NCBI GenBank assembly: GCA_045837725.1 | Contig: JBEWZL010000212.1 | Span: 62,001-126,000, forward strand | DNA from: Vermamoeba vermiformis | Taxonomy: Eukaryota | Direction: 5' to 3' | Length of the DNA: 64,000 bases | In this document: piece after piece, positions 53,599 to 64,000 of the stretch | Layout of the letters: every line of letters begins with the position of its first letter | Position numbering within the stretch: the first letter of the stretch is position 1 | Notes under the pieces: model-generated | What the model was told of the DNA's origin: nothing | Databases searched by the model: none | What the model saw: only the letters and a program-made list of their open reading frames with translations | Translations under genes and position numbers: made by a program

Positions 53599-56500
53599 TT
53601 AAGAAAAGAATTCGTTGTATATATCATCGTCTTCGATAACAATTTGTTTCTCTGAACTTGCAGTCAAGTTGATCCTCAGTTCGGTACTTGGGATCTCAGC
53701 TGGGGTCTTCGACTCAGTGTTGGTGGTATTGGTTGGTTTAATATTTTGCAACCAACTACTCTTTTTCTTCTTCTGTTGTGCATTGACAAGCTCTCTCAGG
53801 CTCGATCTAGAATCCTTTTCTTTGTCGGTTTCTTTCGACTTTGCGTAATTCGTGTTCTTGTTGCTCGAGCCATTAATTTCATCAATATAGTCCTTATGAA
53901 TAGAAATGACCGGTTTAGGCTTCTCCACTCGAATTTCTGTTCTATTTTTAGCTGATTTTTCCGCGCGTTCTAAGATCGGGGACTCTCGTTCTTTTTCTCG
54001 GACTTCTTTTTGCTTCTTATGCTTATCTTTAGGCTTCTCCTTAGGCTTATCTTTAGGCTTATCGGATTTTTCTTTAATTATCGGTGATTCTTTTGATTTT
54101 TGAACTGGCTTTTGGTCGATCGGCTTTTGTTTTTTCTTTAGTTTCTTTTCTTCAACTCTCTTTTCTTTCGGTTCATCAACAACATGTTCCGAATCCTTAT
54201 TTCTTCGCGTCAAGTATGGATTACTATGATCAGCAACGCCATTATCATTATTTTCAGGTACGGTTTTCAGCTTTTTCTTAGGACGCTCGTTTGAAGGTTC
54301 AGAAGTCGGGGCTTTCCTCTTCTATTAGCATATTAGTATCTTATATTGATAGAATGGCTATTTAACTTTCAGTACCTTCGGTTTGTCTTCGATCGGCAGA
54401 TCAAGCCGATTTTTATAATCACTCGGGTAAATGTACCGAGCAGGCTCCTCTTCAGGTGGCCATTTAATACTATTTAAGTTCGAGAACAACGTCTTATTGC
54501 CTGATCTCTTCCTCGCTACGTCGATAAATCTATTTACATTGCGTTTGAGGAACGGATGCGATTTCAATCTAAAGAAAAGTCGTTAAATAAGGTATCTTAG
54601 GGTTGCAAGCAAATATACTACGCTTACATATGAATCGAAGGATTGGACTTCGCCATGGCTTGTTTGAATGAGCCCTTATTGTTAACCTCGATCTTGCTTA
54701 ATAACGTTGCTAGATCTAGTTTCGGAGACGAGGTTTCTTTTAAACATGCACTACTCCATTCTTCTATCGATCTATATAGTCTTCCTTTATATTGGATTCC
54801 TTTCTTATTTACAAATGCTGAGAATAATAGTAATTAATTTCCGGAGCGTCGAATATTAAATAGGGTACGTACCAGATTGCTTATTCAGCGATAATTTATC
54901 GCCCAAGTTAATAACATATGTTATAGCACTCATGTCTAGCGATAATACATGAATATGGTTCGGTGTACTGGATCTGATTTTATCCACTTTAATTCGCGGT
55001 CGATTTTCATTTAATAACGTCTTGTAATACGTAATCAAACTAAGCAAGATTCATTATTAAGTGTATTAAATATAAGTTATAATATTGTAGCTTACTTTCG
55101 ATGTTTTAAGAGCGGTACGCTGAATTCAATATGATGCATAAATCCTCTTCGTCCCCAACAATACAAAGTCCATCGCTAGCATATAAAATCGTTACTATAT
55201 ATTACTATATGACATACTTTTGTATTCTATACCTGAAGGATCTTTGTATTGTCTTGCGATCTTTTCTTCGGTGATCTTTTAGTGGATGTGGCTGCAGTCG
55301 TGGTACTTTGTTTGTTCGCGAAATATCCATCGACAATCCTAGTCTCATCGGTATACTTCTTATTCATATTCTCGAGGACTACTCGTCTTTTGCTACGACT
55401 GATCTGATTGTTATTGTTGTTCTCGGCAGATGCGCCGTTCGTGTTCGACGATTCTTCTGCGGTATTTGATTCGACTACTGTCTTCTTATTCTTGGATATA
55501 TTACTATTTTCTGCTGGTTTTTTCTCGTTTTGCGGCAGTAGTTTCAGTTTGGTCTCCGGCTTACTGGGATTATTCTTCGCTTTCTTGTCCTTATCTTCCG
55601 TAATTTTGCCATCATTATTATTAATTTTGCTTTTTAGTTGGGCTGCGGCATTTTTTGACGACTTTTTGGTATCTTTTTTGGCGTTAGTACTAGGTTTTTT
55701 GACAGGCGATTGAAAATCATCGTCATCGTTGAATATGTCCTTGATAATAGGCTGTTTAATATTCATACCCGTAATATATACTTCTTGTGACTCGTTTGCA
55801 GGCTTGTCATTATTATCATCGCCATTTAAATCAATTAATGGTTCGTCAATTATCGGATCCGGCTGCTGACTTGGTCTTTCTTCAATATGCATAGAATTAT
55901 TATTACTATTATTTGGTGTTGATCTGAGTCTAATTTTAGGTGTTTCTGCTGTTGTCTGAAGCGAATCTAATTCTTTCAAAAAATCGTTGTTTGACTGACT
56001 GTTGACCGAAGCTAATTCCTTAGTGATATTGTTTTCTTGAGACTCTACTGGTACTTTGATATAAGGGGCGCCATCTATATCAGGTTCATCATATTGCTCA
56101 TTGCCGTTGACATCTTGAGGCTGTTCAACGTGTTCGTCAAAGTGGTGGTTCGTAGGGGGATCCGGCTCCTCTTCAGTTTTAATATGAGCGTAGTATAATT
56201 GATCAAATACGCCTTCAATAATAATTTTTTCTTCTTTTTCTTCATGTCTATAATTTTCTTGCTTGATTTCTCGGTCTAGTACCGGATGTGGGATCGGATT
56301 TGCAATGTAAATTTCTTCATCGTCAGATTCGGCCGCTAAAGGTACTGCTCCTTCTTCTACATATATTTGAGCAACGGTTTCTTGTTTTATTCGAATATTA
56401 TTGGCCTGTGGAATGGGGACAGACTGCGGTTCCGCCAAATTTTGATAGAGATCTTCGAATGAAGAAAATCTCGTTTTCTTTGCAGGGGCTTTATGCAAGC

Positions 56501-56758
56501 TAAATATAAATAAAATTAAAATGGTTGACGTGAGCAAAGAAAGCGCGGATGTGTTAAAAGAAATTAAATAATATATGAATCGAAAGCGTATTTCATTATT
56601 CACTATTATTCTAAATTCCGATAATTTCTAAAAATAATAAAAATTATAATGGCAATAATTTAGCTCGTGCCATTATTTATTGCAAATGTTTGCACTTACA
56701 GCTTATCAATCTCTTGATCTATGAATTGAACAGTAGCACTATCATACATATCGCCCAT
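53599..56758 (-). CDS. Hypothetical largely disordered acidic/Lys-rich protein with a central globular segment
   Basis: Long ORFs 55227-56603 and 53599-54213 joined by short exons; first exon MGDMYDSATVQFIDQEIDK. Confidence 0.65.
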
Positions 56759-56903
56759 AGTTATAAATTAAATAATTAAATATACATTTACAAAGTGCAG
56801 TTCGTTAGGTGTGCGATCCACAACGGTAACATAAAAAATGAATCAAAGCGGGCAAATTAAGTTTTAATTTTGCGACTAAAAGCACAATATTATTATAAAT
56901 ATT

Positions 56904-58862
56904 ATGCAGCATTCACATAGTCACGATCACGCGCACGGCCACAGCCACAGTCATGATCACAGTCACGGACACGCTCATCCGCATCCGAATGATACTGACA
57001 TGAGTCAGAGTAAGCTATAATATTATACTATACTATTGTAGCGAAATTGTTAATTTAGCTTTTTTTTTGGACCGGATCTTGTCAAGTTATCGGTTACAGT
57101 TCCACGGGCTTATTTAATTATTTTAATATTTTTTATTAGTGACACAAGAAGAAATAGAAGCACTGGAGGAGCAAGAACATTTTTCTAATGTCCTGCAATC
57201 ATTTTCTTATTATTATATTTACGCTTCAAAAACTTACACGCGCATGCACACTGATTGGACTACAATCCCTGATTCTCATAAGAAGTACGTATATATAGCA
57301 TATTTATGCAATTTTTTGCCATTTTTTTCGTTTTAAACAAAAAGAAAATGCTTCGCGCAAGATCGAGTCAATTAATTTTGTTATTTTCTTAGATTAACGG
57401 CCGATCAACCTGAACGATTAAAAAAACTAGGCGCACTTGCTAAACAGAACGCAAAGTTCTTGGATAAAGTCATTGAGAACGATAGAATATTCGAGAATGA
57501 AAATTATGTACGTACTGACGCCTCTTAGGATAGTAATATTATAATAGAGGCTTATAATATGTTCTATATAGGATTATTCAGGCAAGGCACAACAATTCAA
57601 CGCAGTGGCTACGAGCGAATTTAATATGGACAAAGTTGTTAGTACTGTCAAACAATTCGTGCGTGAATGGAGCAAAGAGGTGTGCCTATAATACTCGTAT
57701 ATATGCCATATAATGCAGTATATTAATTTATATGAGTTTATTAGGGAGAAGAGGAAAGAAACAAGTGCTTTTTGCCGATCATGCAAGAGCTCGAAAAATA
57801 TTTGCCAATCACCGATGAAACTCGATATAAGTATCGTGTAGTGTGTCCTGGTTCTGGACTGGGTCGATTGCCTTATGAGATTTGCAAACGAGGTACAGTA
57901 CGGCAATTTTTCAATTCGTCCACTTTCCTTTTTAGGAAATTTCGTTACAAATGAATTTAACATAGCGGGAAACCGTTGGTGACATTATTGTACTATATAT
58001 TATCGTAATTACTAATAATGTGTATGTAGGCTATGCTTGCCAAGGAAATGAGTTCTCGTACTTCATGTTGATCCCGTCCAACTTTATGCTCAACAGAACG
58101 ACTAAGATTGATGAATATACGATCTATCCTTTCATTCATCAAGTAAGTGCATATATTTAATATTTTAAGCATCGTCTATTTGATGCTAACAAAAATGAAT
58201 TTCGAAATTACGAGATCCAGCGCGGCTGCTACTTCGTATTTTTGGCTAATAATAAGATAAATTCTAATATTTGTAATATAGCTATCTAATATCAAGACAT
58301 TTGCTGATCAAACTCGCCCAGTAACAATTCCAGACGTGTTGCCGTCAGATCTGCCTAAAGGCGCCGACTTCTCGTACAGCGCCGGTGAATTCGTACAAAT
58401 ATATAAGAGCCAAAAGGGTGAGTATAATAATATAAATTTATATTGTATAGCATTGCTCATTTAATCGATAACTTTTAACAGAGAGTTGGGATGCGGTTTG
58501 TACTTGCTTTTTTATGGACACTGCAAACAATATTGTCGAGTACGTGGAGACTATTCGCGATATATTAAAGCCCGGAGGTGTTTGGATCAATTTAGGTACG
58601 TTTAATATTTTGCTATGATATGATTAAGGTACATCCGCTAACTTTTTTTTAAATTTTCTTAGGTCCTTTGCTGTATCATTATTCAGATATCCAAGGCGAG
58701 GTATCAATTGAGCTCACCAACGAGCAATTTATGCGCGTAGTGCGTGATCTTGGCTTTGAAATCAAGCAAGAAAGCACTGTGGATACGCGTTACACCTCCA
58801 ACACTCGTTCAATGCTAGAGAGCTTGTATCATTGTAATTTCTTCACTGCTATTAAGAAATAA
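56904..58862 (+). CDS. CARNMT1: Carnosine/histidine N-methyltransferase (N2227 family)
   Basis: [53 protein letters not shown]; HxH-repeat N-terminus. Confidence 0.92.
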
Positions 58863-59260
58863 ACAATGAAGGACCTCTAAGAGTCAAAAAATGAAAGTGA
58901 TACGACTTTTTCCGATCCCGCTCTTTTTTGAAATGCAGATCTGAACACCACAGCAGAGCTATGTTTTGTCAATTCAAGTAGTACATCAGTTATAGGTATG
59001 TAGTATTATTTCATAGTATGGGCCCAGTTATGCTCGTTACTCTCCAAAACAAATTTAGTCATCAGATCTCTGCTTCAGTTGTGCCCAAAAAATTAAAATA
59101 ATTATAATCATGCAGTATTATTTGTAATTAATATTAATGGGCCAGTGGAACTAAAACCAATGCAGATAAAATCGAATTTACAAATTGATTTCTAATCTTA
59201 AATGTTAGTAGCATGAATCTAACTCTTATAACCATTAGATATCATACAAAAATATTAAAT

Positions 59261-61486
59261 ATGGAGCCTGAAGAAGATTTACTCGATTTTATGGAAAAAG
59301 AGACTGGTGGATCAAGTTTCAAAAAATCAACGTCCTCTTTGACTTTCCAAGAAAAACTAAAAGCAGATCAAGCCAAGGACTATGACAAAGAAAATGATTT
59401 ATTGAATAAGACTAATTATGGCGAAGATTTTAACGACTTGGTGACGCAGATGGATCACGAGGGAGATCTTTTAGGCACGCAAGAAGGCATTCAACTGAAT
59501 GATAGCGATGAAGAGAATATAGATGTCGATAATATAGAAAATAAGGTGCATATTGACGAAGAAGAAAATGACGAGAACAAAATGGAGATCGAATCTACTT
59601 CCCCAAACAGATCTGCTCAAGAAACTTCGCAAAAAGGTCCTAATAACGACGATAATACTCAAAATAGCAATAATATGACTAGCGGTGAAGAACGAATGGC
59701 GCATCTACTCGACGCACTTGACGATCTGAGTCAAGATATCATTAGCACTCCAGCACCAGTCACTAAGCCTATTAATAGCCTTAATATTGAACCTGCAAAT
59801 AACACAAGCAATATAACTAGTCAATATGTGCATAATAAGATCGAAGAAGATTTAGACATTGGTACTCCGTCAGCGAAGATAGATCCGACCCAAGTTAATC
59901 CGGACAACAACGATGCGAACAATAAGAAAGATAATAATATAGTGCCTAGTCAGTCTCAAAAATCGGGGTCAATTCAACAGCGCAAGATATTTAAAGCAAA
60001 ATCAAAACGACCGCCAAATGCGATCGGTCCTGGATCTCAAGACAGTCAAAATGAAGCTTTTTTGACAGACAATACGAGCGATAATATGAATACTAATGAT
60101 AATAATGCAAATACTAATCGAAAGAAGTTCACTAAGCAAAGTAGTTCTGGCGCGATCCAAAACGCGACCAGCACACAAAATCAACCTGTAAATAATACTG
60201 TGAATACTTCTGATGTGAATAATAACAACAATACGAATAACAACGACGGGGACAATATGGACGATGTTCCGCCGTCCACGCAATCACGTGCCTTGCCGAT
60301 CTGGTTCTCATCGAAGACGTCGATTGACAAGCAAACAGTGACCTCGACAAAAGACAGACAAAAACTCAAGTCAGAACTGCGCAATAGACTCATCGAGGGC
60401 TGGAAGAACGAAGGTTTTTCATTCACTTCAACGAGCTCCAGCACGAGTTCTAGTGCCAACAAAGGTCCCTCTCAAGCAGTCCTCAATCGAGCTCCGTACT
60501 GCGAGATCACTGACGACATTACCACAATAGTCAAAGGCAGAGCTGTGATCTTTGATCTCGAGACTTCAGGCACGTGTCGACATTCTCGTGTCAAAGTGTC
60601 ACAATAGCACTAACGACAATTACCAAATTTAGGTTTCTCCAATGACGACAGCATCATCGAGATCGGTGCCGTGGAAGTTATTGACGGCTATAGAACGGGA
60701 GTGCTATTTCAATCGTACGCTCAGCCACGGAAAAGTACGTTATTCTTTGAAAACTTCGTTCAGTGAATTAACCGTTCATGAAAACTTTGCAGTGGTCGAC
60801 TACAGGGCCGAAGCCGTGCACTTAATTACACCTCAGCTGTTACAGGCGAGTCCTCCTATTCAGGTACGGATTCTATTCGAAGTTTCAGTTTGACACGTGT
60901 CACTAACAGTTTGACACTTTTGTAGTTTGTAATGGCCAGCTTTTTACAATTCATCGGAAAATCACCCCTCATAGCCCACAATGCCCCGTTTGAGTATGTC
61001 ATTACCAAATAAGAAAAGTCACGTGGTACTAACAAATCCGTCCAGTATGAGGTTTCTTATCAACGAGATTCAACGGTTAGATCTGAGCGATAAATTTGCC
61101 AAAAGATCTGTTTTTTGCACGCAGAGCTGGTTTAGGAAAAAATATCCGAATCGGAGTTATTCACTGAACGATCTTGCCGTGCAGTTCAACATCAACTTGG
61201 ACACGCGATTGACGCAGCATTCGGCACTAGTAGACGTAAGTATAAATTTAGTTATCGAGTCTATATTAATCTATTTTAGGCTGAAATTTTGTCGCAAGTC
61301 ATCACGTGCATGTTAATCAGTGAAAAAGTTCCAAAACAACGAACTTTACCGGATGTGCCCTCAACTCAATCGAGCACGAACAAACCGAGCACGAAGCCTG
61401 CTGAAGATACTGATGGTCATAATAATAATAACATAACAAACAATAATAATGGTACTGATAATGTCACGAGCAATCTTCATCAGTAA
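59261..61486 (+). CDS. DEDDh 3'-5' exonuclease (DnaQ/epsilon-like) with long Asn/Asp-rich disordered N-terminus
   Basis: VIFDLETSG/F, IIEIGAV, AHNAPFD, SLNDL, QHSALVD/A; all catalytic residues present. Confidence 0.88.
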
Positions 61487-61508
61487 CTTGCGGATCTGAT
61501 CTGGCTGA

Positions 61509-61556
61509 TCAAACCTGTTGTGATAAATGCTGTAAATACTACGATTATATTATAAT
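61509..61556 (+). promoter_or_regulatory. Putative upstream element TCAAACCTGTT (61509-61519) plus TATAAT (61551-61556)
   Basis: Matches the element at 18124-18114; lies -72 from the predicted RNA start. Confidence 0.5.
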
Positions 61557-61580
61557 TGTGTTCAACTATACGGTCTGGCT

Positions 61581-61672
61581 GTTTAGTTTGAGCGAGGCAC
61601 ACGGGGCTGTGCTGGACGGTTTCGAACCGACACTTACCAAATGCTCAAAACTGCTAATGCCTAAACTTTTTT
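61581..61672 (+). ncRNA. Candidate ~92 nt structured RNA, unassigned
   Basis: GTTTAG/CTAAAC and TTTGAGC/GCTCAAA closing stems, hairpins GGCACA/TGTGCT and CGGTT/AACCG, then T6. Confidence 0.6.
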
Positions 61673-61729
61673 CCACTAAAATAATACCAAAGTAACCTTT
61701 TTTATGCTGAAGACCATTTATTACAGTTT

Positions 61730-63244
61730 TTAAAAAAGCTCCTCATCGTATTTGCGCGAGTGTTTCCAATCACTTCGCGAATAAGTTCGTTGCATGCCTC
61801 CACGACCAGTTTTAATCCACTTTAATCTCCTGACGCGCGGTAACTTGTCAAACACCAGATCCACCACACTGCCGTTAATAATATCGGTGGGCAGTGCTGG
61901 GTTTTCTAGATCCAGCTCAGTCAATGACGTTAACTTTGCAAGACTTTCAATAGGCTCTCCTAGCACGTCACCGCTGTACTTCAAATATTCCAAATTAGGT
62001 AAGCGCATCAAGTACGGCAATTCGCTGGCCCAATTGACGCGTGAAAATCGTTTCAAGTTCTTCAGATGCGAGACGTAGCCTGTCGGAGATACATCCGAAT
62101 CTACCGACAAACTTGTGAGGTTCACTAACCGCGAAATTTCGTTCAGTTTTTCCGCGTGTTCGTCGGTGAAGAGGTCGACGTCCAACTCGAGACTATGGAG
62201 CCATACCAAATTAGGCAATACTGTCACAAAGTCTAGTGCGATGTCGTCGTATGAAGTGAATGCGATACTTTCAAGATGTCGCAATCTCGTTAAATCTCCG
62301 CTCTCAATCGGGACTGGTCGGCCCTCACAATTGACCGACAACATTTTGAGATTGGTCATGTGAGCTATTCTGTTCTTAGGGCCACTGAATCCAATGTGCA
62401 AGTACGTCAAATTAGATGCATATTTAAGCGGCAGTAGTGTCGCGTGATTGGTCCACGTAAAACTCAATTCGTTCAATTGCGACGAGATCTTCCACATCTC
62501 TGAGCAATCTGTGAACATTATTTGTTAGCTCATAGCACTATAATAGTATCTTAGTATTATTACTATAATTTTAGACTAATTGTAATGATGTTTAACGTCT
62601 CTTTTGTACCGCGTACTGGATGTACCGACAAATTTAATTTGATTATTACCTGTTTCAAATGGTGCATTAATTGATAACGAAGTCAAGTGTGAGAAGCCAG
62701 GAAAGAATACGTCCAAGTTTGGCGTTTTGGTGGTTAAGAGTGAGATCTTCTCCAAGTACGTCATCTGCTTCAAGATGTTGAAGTAAGGTGCAACAGTTGG
62801 ATTGGTAATGTCAGATGGATCCTCGGTATGAACAATAATTTCAACACGAAGGCGCTTTAAGTTTGTTAATAGGAGCATTTCTTCGGTCAAGCCATAAAAC
62901 CACCAGATCGCATCGTACTCAAAAAAATTCAAACTTAATTCCTCAAGGTTTGTCAGCTTAGATATTAATTGTCTTGACGTAAGATGTCGCAATTCAGCAT
63001 ATTTGATCAGACCGTAAGCTATAGCATTCCATTTTCTATTTACAGTTGTAAGACTGCGAAAAAAAAATTATTAAAATTAATGCAGCGATTATTTTTTATA
63101 ATAGGTGCAATATAATATTATATAGAGGTCTCAGATTTCAAATAGAATTTTTGTAAATATTTTTACTTACGTGATCAAGTCTTCAGTCCTCAACCGGCGA
63201 AAAACCTCTTGCTGACAATCGGCAGGAAGACTGTTGAACTCCAT
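61730..63244 (-). CDS. F-box/LRR protein
   Basis: MEFNSLPADCQQEVFRRL..VNRKW F-box, followed by LxxLxxLxL repeats. Confidence 0.85.
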
Positions 63245-63701
63245 TACTATAATTAGTCACTACAATTGACTGTTGGACGCTGGGATTGTGTCGTGCTATC
63301 GCGGTTTAAAATTAACAGTCTTTAACTGATTACATCGATCGTTGAGTTGCCTGATCAGGCCCATTGAGCAACATAACCTTCTGTTTGATTATCCTAATAG
63401 ATGTTGACGAGTTCATAGCACAGCAAACTGGAGACGAAGCTAACAACTTTGAAGTGGCTCTAAATTTTAGCTTGCTTTGGTTTGGTTTGGGTAAGGCACG
63501 TGTTATCATGCTTATAACGTATTCGATGAAACAATGCCCTGCGCCAATAAATAAAGGCTGCCGGGCGAGCTTTCAGTTTCGCGAAAACGAAATACGAAGT
63601 TTCCGCGGAATTTCAATGAGTAGTTTGAGCAGGGACCAGGCTAGTATAAAAGTCAACGTTAATCTATCTCAACAACTCCTTATTATACTTTAAGCTTGGG
63701 A

Positions 63702-64000
63702 ATGAGTGAGTTGCCGTATGAGATCGTGTCGCACATCTTCGGCATCTTGGATGTACGATCTCTAGCCCAAGCAAGCGCGACTTGTCACGCGTGGAGAGAA
63801 GCATCCAATGACCAAAGACTATGGAAGGCTATATTTCAGGAATCTGTAAGTACTACAAATAATTGAAGATCTGCTGGCGAATTAACGGTTCTCGTTTACT
63901 ACCCATTTCAATAGTTTATCGCTCTGGTCATTTTATTAATTTTACCTGTTAAATGTAGTACTCTGAAGACGTCTTTGGTAACGAATTAGTCGAGAAGGTA
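63702..64000 (+). CDS. F-box protein (3'-truncated; upstream exons possible)
   Basis: ELPYEIVSHIFGILDVRSLAQASATCHAWREASNDQRLW, then GTAAGT donor. Confidence 0.8.

Noticed and set aside
61581-61672. tRNA, vault RNA, U11 or hammerhead identity for the 92-nt fold
   Set aside because: The B-box-like GGTTCGAAACC is on the opposite strand; no cloverleaf, Sm site, AAAAGG 5' end or CUGANGA core.
13724-62363. Many antisense or short ORFs in the track (e.g. 14217, 22237, 50400, 51049, 55408, 60181)
   Set aside because: Shadow frames opposite well-supported genes, with no recognisable domains.
1-64000. CRISPR arrays, transposases, rRNA, or a functional cluster of ubiquitin-system genes
   Set aside because: No repeat-spacer arrays, transposase/RT motifs or rRNA seen; the ubiquitin-related genes belong to large families and are scattered among unrelated genes.

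Overview
Gene-dense eukaryotic nuclear DNA with many short spliceosomal introns (GT[A/C]AGT/GTACGT...CTAAY...YAG) and the standard code. The gene content suggests a free-living amoebozoan-type protist (inference). Exon stitching by eye gives about 22 protein genes: an A-T-R carboxylic acid reductase, a stand-alone cullin-repeat protein, a histidine acid phosphatase, an IPT/TIG receptor TKL kinase, a SAP-Kelch-BTB-BTB protein, an RRM-Maelstrom protein, a MaoC hydratase-SCP2, a duplicated ARM-like+BC-box locus, a PHOSPHO-type HAD phosphatase, two PA-like+multi-TM receptors, a large ankyrin-GRAM-NmrA-EF-hand-PIP kinase with an antisense ubiquitin-like ORF in one intron, ArgE, PSD2, a signal-peptide p23, a RhoGEF, a UBZ/MIU-PARP, CARNMT1, a DnaQ-like exonuclease and two divergent F-box genes. 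There is one intronless tRNA-Tyr(GTA). The most striking unexplained signal is three small structured RNA gene candidates (TATA near -30, terminal stem, T-run). Two of them share an upstream 11-mer TCAAACCYGTT at -72/-73, and each of these lies directly behind a DnaQ-fold nuclease gene (Maelstrom; DEDDh). A 12-bp palindrome, TGACACGTGTCA, recurs in introns. All gene models and RNA folds are manual and have not been computationally verified.
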